A model generated the notes under the pieces. It saw nothing but the letters and a program-made list of their open reading frames with translations. It was not told the origin of the DNA and did no database searches. Below, piece after piece: positions 24,001 to 36,999 of a stretch of 64,000 nt of DNA. Positions within the stretch are counted from its first letter, which is position 1. Each line of letters starts with the position of its first letter. The stretch is from Diplonema japonicum (lineage: Eukaryota > Protista > Euglenozoa: Diplonemea): the NCBI GenBank assembly GCA_964019335.1, contig OZ025652.1, forward strand, positions 62,001 to 126,000, read 5' to 3'. The translations under genes were made by a program, and so were the position numbers.

Positions 24001-27000
24001 GTCCAGTCGTTTGTACTTTCTAATATGGGGCTTGGGTCATGACACTCCTGACCAACAGCTGTACATTTGCTACGGTGCAGCATGCACTCGTCATACTTGC
24101 ACAAGGCACCTGCACCTAAAGCCTTCCCAGACATTGGGTGCACGCACTGACAACCCCATGCGCCATTCTCCTCATAACACGCTTGGCCAAGGGAAGTGCA
24201 CACGGTAGCCTGTGCTGAGCACACATCTGAAAACATACAAAGAGCCGCTTTTGCCACAGCGCTGCCTGTAGACACCCCTAGACACCCGCAGACCCAGTCA
24301 CCTAAGCTCGTAGGATCCATGTTCGGGTCGTTACACGACTGTCCAGATCTGCGGCACACATCAGCGTGTTGCTCACATTCATCAATCATACATGTTGCTG
24401 GCTTCCCGACAGCAGTACCCGACGCGTCGGAGCCAACGCACTTACATGTCCAATCGCCAAGAACAGACGCCAAAGGCGTAGGGTCGTTGCACACCTGGTT
24501 AAACGACTCACATGTCTTCTTGTTTTTAATGCACTCATCGAGCTCGCACGTCGCTGGTTGGCCAGTTGCGGTACCCAGAGCAGGCGTGACGCATGCACAC
24601 TGCCAGTCTCCAGTCTGTATGATGTCAGGATCAACACAAGTCTGTCCTACACTGGTGCAGACCGCAGCATGTAGGACGCATTCTCCTGGAAAGGTACAGC
24701 TGGCAGCCGAAATAACAGAGCTTCCGACTGCAGGCTCTACGCACTCACAGATCCAGTCGTTCTTGCTCTCGGGACTGGTGTTCGGGTCCCTGCATGTCTG
24801 CCCAGAGCTGCGGCAAACTTCTTCGTTAACGATGCATTCGTCCAGTACACACGAAGCCACACCCATGGCATTCGACCCCATCATTGGCGGCACGCAGGCG
24901 CATGTCCATGCACTCCCTGAACCCGCGGCGCCAGTTGCGTAGCACACCTGTGCTGCAGACGCGCACAAGGCACCCCCGTCACCCACACAGGCATCAGTGT
25001 AAGTGCAACTTGCAGCAGAAGCAACAGCGGTGCCCTGAGAAGAGCCGATGCACTCACACCTCCAGTCATTCACAGATGTGGGAGTGGGGTTAGGGTCGAT
25101 GCATTGCTGCGCAGCTACGTTGCAAACGGAACCATATTCCTTGCACTCATCAAGCAAACAAGAAGCAGGTTTGCCAGTAGCTTTTCCTGTTTTAGGAGCA
25201 ACGCACACACATTCCCAGTCATTGTCAACACTTGATGGGTCAATGCACGCTTGACCAGCATTGGCACAAGTTTGGTAATGGACAGCACATTCTCCTTCAT
25301 AAGCACAGACAGCGGGAGCGGCCTTTGCTGAACCGGTCGATTGGATGCACATGCACTTCCAGTCGTTCAGGCTCTCCGGGTTCTTGTTCGGGTCGTGGCA
25401 AGCTGTAGATAATTATTCTCATTCTAAAACTAAGACATACCTTGGCCTGCATCAGCGCACACGGATCCATATGTGATGCACTCATCGTGTGTGCACTGCG
25501 CCATACGCGCTGTGGCAACGCCGACTAGCGGCATAGGGCATGAACACACCCAGTCATCGGTCCTCGTAGTGTCAGGGTCAAAACAGGTTTGACCTGCGTT
25601 GAGGCATGTAGCGGCGTGGTGATCACACTCCCCTTCGAACTTGCACGAAGCCGGCTTCTGCGGCGCTTGCCCAACAGCAGGGGACACACACATGCACATC
25701 CAGTCCCCCACTGCGTCTGAGGGGTCATAACACACCTGACCCCCCTTGTTGCACTCAGGGTAGTGTTCAAGACACTCATCAAGTGTACATGTTGCCTTTC
25801 TCCCGCGAGCTCTGCCAGAAAACGGGGAAAGGCACGCACACTGCCAGTCTCCAGCAACATTCGGGTCGGGATCAACGCAACTTTGTCCAGCCTCCGTGCA
25901 AATCGAAGCGAATCTTGTACATTCGCCTGTATGACTGCACGCTGCCTGCTGTGCCTTAGCTGTACCAACTGAGGGCGCAATACAGTTGCACCTCCAGTCA
26001 CCAGTCTTGCCAGGACTCGTGTCAGGGTCGTAGCATGTCTGCCCTACACTGTTGCACGTAGAAGTGTATTGCAGGCATTCGTCAAGTACGCAGTCAGCTT
26101 GCTTCCCAACCGCAGAACCCACCGCGTCAGAACCAACACAAGAGCACTCCCAGTCGTCAGTGCTGAGAGGGCTGTGGTTTGGATCAGTGCATCGTTGTCC
26201 AGCAGTGGCGCACACTGATTCGTGGATGCCACACTCATTCAAGATACATGTTGCCACTGTGGCAGTTGCCTTACCTGTGAGGTGTGATAGGCACACACAT
26301 TCCCAGTCGCCAATGCGGTTCTCATTAGGATCATTGCAGCTTTGGCCAGCAGCAGTGCAAATATGTGCCCTAAGAGCGCATTCACCTTTATGTTGACAGA
26401 CAGCAGGAGCCATCGTTGCAGAATCAGATGCGGAGCCAACACAACGACAGAGCCAGTCATCTGTGGCATCAACACCAGTGCTTGGATCTTTACACTCTTG
26501 ACCAAACTCTGCACACACTTTACCATGGAGCTCGCACTCATCGAGTGTGCAAAGAGCAGCGCCTTCACGCGCAGTGCCCTTTTGAGGAGATAAGCAAGTA
26601 CACTCCCAACCCCCTCCCGTTGTGTCGTGGCAGCTTTGGCCTCTAGCTGTGCAAACAGACGCATGCTGGCTGCACTGTGTGCCCTGAGCGTACTCACATG
26701 TTGCCACACTGTTCTTGGCGAAGCCCTTCGCCGGTGCGATACACGTGCACTGCCAGTCGCCAGTGCTGGCCGGCGAGGTATCAAGGTCGGTACATTGCCT
26801 GTTGTGTGTGAAATTGTGAATTGTTAAGCATACTGTCCGACTGCCTTGCAGATGTGCCCTTGCGATACGCACTCATTAAGCACACATGTTGCCGGCTCTG
26901 CAACGGCGGTACCTGTTGCAAGACCACCGACGCAATTGCAAGTCCAGTCACCCGTCACTGCCGGGTCTTTGTTGGGATCTTCACACTTCTGTGACGCTGC

Positions 27001-30000
27001 AGAACACACTGAGTCATGTAGGCTGCACTCGTCAAAGACACAACCAGCTGCTTTGCCCGTTGCTTGTCCCGTAGCAGGTTCCAAACATTTGCACTGCCAA
27101 TTGTTTACACTTGCACTTGGGTCAGTGCATGTTTGCCCTACTGAAGTACAAACACTGGACCTTGTCTTACACTCGCCATCATACTTACACGAAGCAACTC
27201 GAGCCCTGGCAGACCCCTGCACGGGAGATACGCATTCGCACATCCAGTCGTTCAGGCTAGTCATCGATGTGTCAGGGTCTCTACACAATTGCCCTGCAGC
27301 ATTGCAGAGCTTTCCGTGCGTCAGGCACTCATCGTAGACACACGTCGCGGGTGCACGCACTGCATTACCCGTCATAGGCGCCACACATGCACATTTCCAG
27401 TTGTTAGCCCCAGGTACATCAGAGTCAACACATGCTTGGCCTGCAGAGCTGCAGGTCTCCTGGAAAGTGCGACACTCACCTTGATAAGAACACTGAGCTG
27501 GCTTAATCATTGCAGATCCTATGCCGGGCACTACGCACATACACCGCCAGTCGCCGAGGCTCCTTGGATCTGTGTTAGTATCAAAGCACTTTTGCCCGAC
27601 ATTACTGCACGTCGCGCCGTGAACATCGCACTCGTCGTAAACACAAACAGCAGGCTGTCCAACAGCATAGGTCATGTCGTATGGCTCCACACAACGGCAC
27701 ATCCAATCGCCTGTCTCGCTAGAAGGGTCAAAGCACGTTTGGCCAGCATCAGTACATGTGGATCCGAACGCAATGCATTCGCCAGAGAACGAGCAGTCTG
27801 CACTCTTTCCAACAGCAGAACCAACTGCAGGAGAAACACATTGACACGTCCAATCACCCAATGAACCTGGCGATGTATTTTTATCTCTGCAGACCTGCCC
27901 TGCCGCCGTGCACACGCCGTTCTGCTTGCACTCATCACGTATACACTCTGCAGCCATGGCCATGGCACTTCCTGTTTCAAGTTCATTTTGACACAAGCAT
28001 TCCCAGTTGCCATCTGTCGTTGTGTCAGAGTCACGGCACACCTGGCCTCGAGCTTCGCACACAGAACCGTACCCGAGGCACTCATCGTAGGTGCACAAGG
28101 CTATCCCCGCAGTGGCACTGCCTTCGTAGGGGCTCTGGCACACACAACGCCAATCACCCGCGATTTGCGTGTTGGTATCGAAACACGTCTGGCCAGCAGG
28201 GGAGCACGTCGCATGATGCGTGGTGCACTCACCGTTATGCTTGCACACCGCTTGTTTTGTTATTGCAGACCCTACGAAAGGCTGCTCACAAGTACACGTC
28301 CAGTCATTCAATGAGAGTGGGCTAGTGTTTGGGTCGTTGCAAACCTGGTCAACTGCGGCGCACACTGTACCAGACTTCAGGCATTCATCTAACACACACG
28401 TTGCCAAACCCCCAGTAACAGAAGTGCCGGTGAGCGGCGCGACGCAGGCACACTGCCAGTCACTAGATATATCCGCATTGGGGTCAACGCATTTCTGGCC
28501 AGCAGTGCTACACATCTGCCCGTTGTTCTCGCATTCGTCTGTGTACACACAAGCAGCCATTGCCCCACGGGCTGTACCTGTTGCCGAACCAGCACACTTG
28601 CAAGTAAAATCTCTGAGGGACCCAGCAGCCATGTCAGTGTCCTCACATTCCTGACCAGCTGAATAGCATGTCATGCCAGAGGTTATGCACTCATCAACCA
28701 TATCCTTGTTCGTAGCTGTCACGCTGTTGAGAACCACCTGCCTGTATTCAGCGTCATGTGTCAATACATCCAAGTTGATTGTATAGGTCTTGTCGCCGTC
28801 GAGAACGCCGTCCTGCACACCTGTCACGCTCACTGTCTGCGAGATATTCCAGTCTGCAGCTGTGAACAGCAGTGATGTTACGGAGAGTCTACCCTCGGAA
28901 GTATCAGTACTATTCATGCGGATTTCGACCCCTGCAAGAGGCTGGCTGAGGAGCTTCACCGTGAAGGGAACCACCTCCCCTGCCTCCGAAGTCAACACCG
29001 ACGTTTGGGAAACTACGATGCCACGAGTCTCGTTGTCTCGATTTACTAGAAGCACGTCGGGAGCGTCCAGCCCGTTGTAATCCATGTCACTGCTCACAGC
29101 AGCCAATACACGTACCTGGTAGCTCTGGTCGCCGTCGTTTACCCAGTCATCCTGACCTGTCACAGTAATTGTTTGCTTTACATCCCACGACAGAGGTGTG
29201 AAAGTGATGCTGAGGGGGTCAGGAACGCCTTCCGTGCTGTCATCACTTTCGACCCAAATAGTAACATCATTAGAAGGCTTGCTCGTCAGCTCGATCGTAA
29301 ACTCTGCACTCCTACCTTCTTCTGTCGTCTCGAGGCCTTCTGTCGGGCTCACGATGACAGACGCAATATCATTGTCGGTATTGGTGATTTGCACATCAAC
29401 AACAGTGAGGCCGTTGTAGAGCACATCTGAGCTGAGCACCTTGCTGATCCCCACGCTGTACGGGACGTCATTGTCGTGAACCGCGTCATCGACGCCGGTC
29501 ACAGTCACAGTCTGGGGGATGTTCCAGTGAGTGGGGACAAATAGTAGTTTATCAATAGACAACGAGCCCTCTGAGGAGTCCTTACTCTCAAGCGTAAGAG
29601 TGACATTGTCCGTCGGTTCGCTGTTCAACACAACAGTGAACTTGGCAGAGTCACCAGATTCTGACGTGACAAGTCCCGAGTGAGGCGCGAAGGTGATGCC
29701 TGCCACGTCATCGTCTTTGTTCACAACAATCACATCGTCCGAGTTCAGTCCATCATAATTCCCGTCGCTGGACGTGGCGGCGCTCGTCGAGATTGTCACA
29801 GACACGTCGTCATCTTCGATGCTGTCTTCGATGCCCGTCACCGTTACTATAAATGGTGTGTTCCACGTGCTTGACGTGAACTCGACGACGGTGTGGGATA
29901 CCTTGCATTCGGTGATGTCGCCTGATGACAAACCAATCACGACAGGTGCAGTCGGCTCGCTGGTCAGGACTATCGAGAATTGCGTTTCGCCACCTTTCTC

Positions 30001-33000
30001 AGTGGTCTCCAACCCTGATGTAGGATCAATAAGCACACCGGCGGTGTCATCGTCGATGTTAATCACCGATACATCAGCAGGGTTGATCCCATTATACTTC
30101 GGGTCCTCACTGACGGCAGGTTGTGTCCTGATAGTGTACGGGATGTCCCCATCGTCCACCATATCGTCGACGCCTGTGATCACGATAGTCCTTTTCGTGT
30201 TCCAGTCCCCAACCGTGAATGCTAGACTTGCAATACCAAGGTCCCCCTCTTGAGGTTTAGAGCTTATTAGCTTTATGACTACAGGGGCCTCTGGCCGGCT
30301 TGTGAGCTGTACAGTAAACTTGGCAGTGCCACCTGATTCTGTTGTTTCAAGCACACCATCATGTTCAATTGATATCCCAGGCGTGTCATCATCGGTGTTT
30401 AGTACCTTAACATCACTGACGGTCTGCCTGTCGTACGACTCGTCTAAAGACAGCACCGGCGACAGACGTATCGTGTACTCGACGTCTTGGTCGTCAAGCG
30501 GATCATCCACACCTGTGATCGTGATACTCTGCTTCGTGTTCCAGTTCCCAGGTGAGAATGAAACCAGAGGCCTGCTGACCACACCCTCCGTTTCGTCGCT
30601 GGAAGTCAATGTAATGCTCACCGTTGACGTAGGCTGAGTTTGCAACGATATCGAGAAAACATCGGTGCCCCCTGCCTCCGTAGTCACAAGACCCTCGGTC
30701 TGCGACACGAGGATCTTCGCAACGTCGTCGTCCAGGTTGGTGACCTCCACGTTCTCCGCGTTGAAGCCATCGTACCTCCCGTCCGCGCTCTGCGCTGGGT
30801 TAGTGCTGATCGAGTATGTGATGTTGCCGTCGGCTATCATGTCGTCGACACCGGTCACTGTTACTGTTTGCAGAGTGCCCCATGTTACTGGTGAGAAGAC
30901 AAGACTATCAGGGCCAATCAGTCCTTCAGACGCGTCACTCGTTGTAATCCCAATGGTGACATCTGCGAAGGGCTCTGTCGACAGCACCACAGTGAAGAAG
31001 GCTTTATTTCCACTTTCCGTGGTAATCAAACCAGTGACAGGAGACACTGTCACACCCCGCACGTCATCGTCAGCATTCATAACGCTCGCTGTGGCGAGAG
31101 CAAGGCCTTCGTACGACAGATCAGCACTTCTCACCGTCGAACGCAGAAGCCACGTCACGTTGCCGTCATCGATGGCATCGTCTACACCAGTCACCGTGAT
31201 AGTCAGGGGGGTGTTCCACTGCGATGGTGCGAAAGTGATCTCGAGAGGTGAAACTACACCTTCTTTCGGCATGCTGCTCTCGAGCGAAATGGTGACGTCA
31301 GACTTCGGGATGCTCGTCAAGGTAAGCGTGAAAGTATCGTGCCCTCCCGCCTCGGTTGTCCTGAGTTCTGTCTTCGAGAGGCGGACACTCGCAGTGTCGT
31401 TGTCCTTGTTCGTGATAATCATGTCGACAGTTTGCTGCTTGTTGTACTTCGCATCAGCGCTCGTTTGGCTTACGATCAGTGTGTGCTGGATGTCACCGTC
31501 GACAATATTGTCATCAACACCGCGAAGGGTTATTGTCTGCGGCGCGTTCCATGTGAGCGCAGAGAACACGAGCTGTACAGGGTTGAATACCACTTCCGTA
31601 GCATCACCCTGCATGCCAATGGTGACGTCGGCGGTGGGCTCGCTTGTGAGGACGATTGTAAACTCAGCCTGTGAACCATCCTCGGAAGTCACAAGACCTT
31701 CGGTAGGAGAAACGAGCATGCTGGCAACGTCATTGTCAGCATTCGTAACAGAAACATCGGGACCTGTCAGCCCGTTGTAGTTGGGGTCAGCACTGGTAGC
31801 GGGCCTGCCGCGTACAAGAAACGTAACGTTGCCGTCAGCAACAAAGTCATCATTGCCAGTCACGATGATGGCTTGCGGCACGTTCCAATTACCGCTGTTA
31901 AACACAATGGTGGATCTCGAAAGTGTCGCTTCAGTGACATCGGTTTCTAGCTGGATGGTGACATCTGACGCAGGCACGCTCTTCAGCTGGATGCTCATAG
32001 TACCTGACGTGCCATCTTCCGAAACGTTCAAACCCTCAGCAGGGGCGACGATTATGCCTGGCGTGTCGTCGTCCATGTTCACAACTGTCACATCTGCGAC
32101 GCGCAGCCCATTATATGTGTTGTCACTGCTGGACACCAACGTTGTGGACACACGGTACACTACATCACCGTCCTTCTGTGTGTCCTGCACGCCTGTCACA
32201 GTAACGGTGTGTGGGACGTTCCAAGAAGCCACAGTAAAGAGTACTGAGGAAGGAGAAATGGTACCTTCGTTCACGTTGCTGCTGAGCATGGTCACAGTGA
32301 CATCATGCGTGGGCTGGCTTTCAAGAGTCATCTCAAAGGTATCTTTTCCTCCTGCTTCGGTAGTTACCAGCTTGGTATTTGGGCTGATCGAAATCCCCCT
32401 TGTGTCGTCATCAAAGTTCTTCACAGGAATAGCCCCCAACCCCATGCCCTTGTATTTAACATCAGCAGTCGCGACTGTCGTGCTGATGGAGTGCAGGACG
32501 TCGCCGTCGTCGATAGAGTCGTCAACGCCTTCCACAGTCACTACTCGTGGCACATTCCAATCTCTTGAGTTGAAGATTACGGTAGACGGCTCGATACGAC
32601 CCTCAGATGCATCGCATGAGAAAGACAACGTGACACTGGCAGTCGGGGAAGTCTGCAGCACAACAGTGAAGTTGTCAGAGCCGCCTTGCTCGGTAGTTGT
32701 TAGTATAGTGCCTGAAGGAGACAAGTCGATGCCTGCTGAGTCGTTGTCCAGGTTCGTGCAACTAACAACGGGCGGTGTGTTATCATTGTAGTTCGGGTCG
32801 CCACTGAAGGCAGCCATCGACAGCGTGTACGGTACGTCGCCATCATCGATAGTGTCGTCTACACCGGTGATGGTGAACGTCTGCGGCGTGACATAGTTGC
32901 CTGGCGTGAAGGTAATCTCTCCAGGTGAGACAGACGCTTCATTCTGCTGGCTGCTCTCGCTAGTCACCCGTACGTCCGAAACAGGCTCCGAGGTAAGAGC

Positions 33001-36000
33001 AATAGTTACAAAAGCCTTTCCACCCTCCTCCGAAGTGATGATCCCAGTAGTAGGGCTCACAGTAAAGCCGGAATTATCGTCATCAATGGTGGTGACTGTC
33101 ACGTCAGCAGCATTCAGACCGTTGTAAGTCTTGTCAGCACTTACCGCCGGAGACGTGACCACGACGTACCCAACGTCCCCGTCGTCGATGCTATCCTGCA
33201 CACCGGCCACCGTCACAGTAAGCGGTGTGTCCCACGATACGGGTGTGAAGGTCACGCTGTCGACGGTCGTAACTCCTTCAGTAACATCGCTGCTCTGCAA
33301 GCCGATCACAACATTGCTGGTCGGTTCACTTTCAAGAACGATTGTAAAGAACGCTGTACCACCTTGCTCTGTGACAGTCAGGCCAGATTCCGGTTTCACC
33401 GTGATACCCTTTGCATCATTGTCTGTGTTGATGACCGCAACGTCGGCTACAGGAAGGTTCGCGTAGTTCGTGTCATTGCTCTCCGCGCTGCCGAGAACCA
33501 CCTGGTAGCTGATGTCGCCATCGTGCACGTTGTCATCGACTCCCAACACAGTTATAGTCCGCAGGATATTCCAGTTGACAGACGAGAAGAGCAGCGAATC
33601 ATGCGACACTGTCCCCTCAGTCGTGTCACTGCTTGTAACGCTGATACTGACTGGGTGAGTTGGCTGTGTGCTGAGTACCACAGTGAAAGCGGCATTTCCA
33701 CCTAGCTCTGTGGTTACAAGCCCTGACCTTGGTTCTACAACAACACCCCTGAGATCGTTGTCGAGATTCCTCACAGCCACATCATCGAAATTCAGCCCGT
33801 TGTAATTGACATCAGAGCTGATGCAAGCTGCCGTCTCGATCATGAGATCCTGATCACCATCATCAATGTTGTCGGACGCACCAAGTACGGTGACAGTATG
33901 CGGGACATTCCAATCCCCTGAATTGAAGGACACACTGCCTGCTGAAACGGTAGCCTCAGTAGGCCGTGAGGATCGCAAGGCGATGCTCACTGTGGCAATC
34001 GGCTGACTGATGAGCGTTATCGTAAACGCAGCAGTGCCGCCGTCTTCAGTTGTAACGAGCCCGCTAGTCGGAGACACAACACCCCCCCTGCAACAGATCT
34101 CATCCGAGCAGCTAGCAACAGATGTCGAACTACACGTGAAATCAACAGGTGGCTGCTTGAGGCTCGCACCGTTCTTAGTGCATGTGTACAGCGCACAGGT
34201 CGCCAAGCAGTTGTGTGTCCACGTGAATGAAGTGTCAGACCACGCTGGCGTGCCTTTGTACCCAGCATTGCACTGACATAACCCCGGAGGCCCACTGTTA
34301 CTAGGGCAGTCTCGCTGCTCGCAAGTGATGGCATTGAATACCTGGCCATCGCACACGGCCCTGCAAGACGCAGGGCACCCAGTGCCCCTTCCAACATAAC
34401 CATTCTCACAAACAACATCAGTAAAGGCCCCTGTAGAGCCACTGATGGAACCAGATGCAGTGTGCCCAACTGAGTTCGCCACTTGCGTGCTGAGACAGAC
34501 ATTGGCATTGCATGTTACAGTTGTGAACGTTAATGTCGCGCCGTCACACTTCGTGGTCGGCGACGAAGGCACGTAGCCAGCCTCGCAGATGATGGCAACA
34601 ACATCGTTTGTCTTCCCACACAGCGACAAGGGCGACGAGTAGCTCGCAGAGTTCGAAATGCCCGTACAGGCACAAGACTGGGCAGCACAGGTGTGGATCC
34701 AAGCCGAGCCGCTCCAAGTGGGCAAACCAGAGAAACCAACAGTGCAAGAACACACGGGTGGTGCATGCGCATTTGCAGGGCAAGCGGCAAGTGAACAGGT
34801 CAGAGCTGAGGCATAAGAGCTTGTCTCAGAAGATGCCGGTGTACAGGAAACGGTACCTGTACAGACATAACCTTCAGTAGGAGTCACTACACAGTCCTCA
34901 CCATGAGCGGTTGCTCCCCCACACACAACGCTGGCACCTGTCACGACGGGTGCATTTAGTGCGTTGCACGTCTTCTGGGTGCAACATGTAGCTGCTTCGC
35001 ACGAAGCAGCAGTGTGACCCTGGCATCTTATAGCATTCGCTGAAGATTTCAACGCGAAACCATCTTCGGAGCTGCAGGGAGCAAAGCCGCATGTGATATG
35101 GCAACATTGCTCTACGGTGCAGTCTGTGGCGGGCATCGCAGGGTTCCCAGTGACGGGCACATTGCATGAAATAAGGTTGCTCGACGGCTTCAGCAGAAAT
35201 CCAGACCCAACCGCGCACGTTGTAGTCGCTGGCATGGAGAGTCCCGTCGACACACCAGAGCTGCCTGTTATCACATCGTGTGTGCTGTTCGAGCACATAG
35301 CAACACAATGGCTGCTGATTTCCCATGAGTCGGCAGCAACACACTTCAGCTGAGGGGGTCCAGTCGCCGCCGTTTTAAATCCATCCACGCATGACAAGGT
35401 ACATGTGCCCTCTGGGACAGTATTGCAGGAGTCGATATTAAGTGGCATAACAACATTATTCACAGCAGCCGGTACGGTGGCCAGTAAACACGTAATGGGC
35501 ACACAAGCATTGACCAGCTTCCACTCGCCAGTGGGCTCAGTTACACCCGCCTTCCCTTCACAAGTGAGGGCTGGTGCCCCCCCACTTGTAGTGTAACCAT
35601 CAGCGCAGGATAAGGTACATGTTTCTCCCGATACAGAACAAGCTGTTGTGGATACCGCATTTACGTTACTCGCCGACCAGCCTGTGAAGTCTGTCATGCA
35701 GCGCTTCTTGTCACACGCAAGTCCAGTAACGGAGAATGCCGCAGGTCCAGGGCTCTCGCACCACACGGTGGGAACCCCTGTGCAGTAGTAGTTGCCAGTG
35801 ATGACCACGTTGTGTGCACTAGAGTCAATGCCGATGGTGAGCACATCGCCTGTGGTACCTCTAGCCACAGCAACGCCGCCAGTTGTGTTTATAGGTGCGG
35901 TGAGCCCTCCTAAGCACTCGTTCGGCAAGCAGGTCATTGTCGTGGCTGGGTTCAGCGACGAGTCGGAACATGTGAGGTTTGCATCTGCGTTCACTGTGTA

Positions 36001-36924
36001 GCCACTGCTGCAGGTTAAACCGCACTCGGTCTTCGTGGCGGCCCTCAGTGCGCCAGATGGAACAGTGCCAGAGACAACTGTGCAGGGTATTGGGTGCGAG
36101 ACATCTGGGATCATGCCCGTCAGAAGTGTGTAGGCATTGCAGTTGATCTCCGAGCAGGTAAGTGGTGTGGACGGCGTTAGGAAAGATGGCGAACACTTCA
36201 GCAGATTAGACCCGCTTTGCGTGTAACCAGCCCCACACTGCAAACTGCATTCAGAAGCGGTGACGGCCTTGAGAGTACCCTCAGGAACAGTACCGGCAGA
36301 AATGGTGCACGCGCTAGACGATGCTGAAGGCTCCATGCCAGCAGGTAAGGAAAAGGCTAAGCAGTCGTTTTCCCTGCAGAGCACGCCGCCCACCACCCAT
36401 GAGCCACTCCCTTCACAGCTGAGCGTGGGGAACCCCGAGTACCCTGTAAGGCATGTCAATGAGCATGAGGTGGACACAGCAGCGCTCTTGCAGGCATCCT
36501 GCTGGGCAGTTGTGACAGGTACCACGAAGTTGGGTCCTGCATCAAGCCACGGGTCACAGATGATTGGAGTGCACGCATTAGTGACAGCCCAGGTGTTCGC
36601 AGCAACACACTCGATGCCAGGCGGCCCACTGCTGCCATATCCCGCAATGCACGTCGACAGACAAGGGCTGTCTGATACCTTGTTGCACCCACTCACGTCA
36701 GCAATGCCATTAATGAAAGCTGCCAAAAGCTGGCTAGAAGGACTGTTGTTGCACACTATCGCAACACAACACATACTCTTATCACACACGCCCCCACAGT
36801 CTTTCGAGGCCGGAGCGGGTATCCCGTTGTACCCCACTGGGCAGTTAAAACTACCACAGTTGTCCCCAATAACTAATCCCGACATAAGCAGCAACAACAC
36901 TATCCGATTTTTGTTTGCACTCAT
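18093..36924 (-). CDS. Giant (~6,180 aa) type I cell-surface protein: Cys-rich N-terminal repeats, 16 Calx-beta-like repeats, ~60 EGF-like repeats, TM helix, Pro-rich tail
   Basis: Six adjacent ORFs join in frame through 8 GT-AG introns (26799-26833, 25403-25440, 23551-23585, 22616-22647, 22431-22467, 21642-21674, 20173-20211, 20067-20100). Hydrophobic leader IVLLLLMSGLVIG. TM segment WAAILLVCVLFIVCCILLLVCY at ~18415-18480. Confidence 0.9.
19362..28700 (-). repeat. ~60 tandem six-Cys EGF-like repeats within the giant gene
   Basis: Consensus (D/G)EC-x6-C-x3-GQxC-x-D-x(5-9)-DW-x-C-x-C-x2-P-x2-G-x(6-7)-A-x-C. Sixty units counted across exons. Confidence 0.85.
28701..34086 (-). repeat. 16 tandem ~112-aa Calx-beta/cadherin-like Asp-rich repeats within the giant gene
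   Basis: Recurrent GLxTTExGGxAxFTxxLxSxP...F...WNxPQTVTVTGVDD..DDGD...SxDxxYNGL...NxDDD. Sixteen W(N/D)-type cores counted. Confidence 0.85.
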
Positions 36925-36999
36925 TTTCAAAACATAAACTCTCTAATCTAGTCTAATGTCGCGCCTGTGATGGGTGATGGGGTTGCAAAATTGTTGATT

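Noticed and set aside
18093-26872. Frame changes in the giant gene as programmed frameshifts, stop-codon reassignment or pseudogenisation
   Set aside because: Every break is explained by a short canonical GT-AG intron that restores the repeat register.
19362-34086. CRISPR-like or satellite array
   Set aside because: The periodicity is at the protein level with heavy synonymous divergence. There are no identical DNA repeats with spacers, and the locus is eukaryotic.
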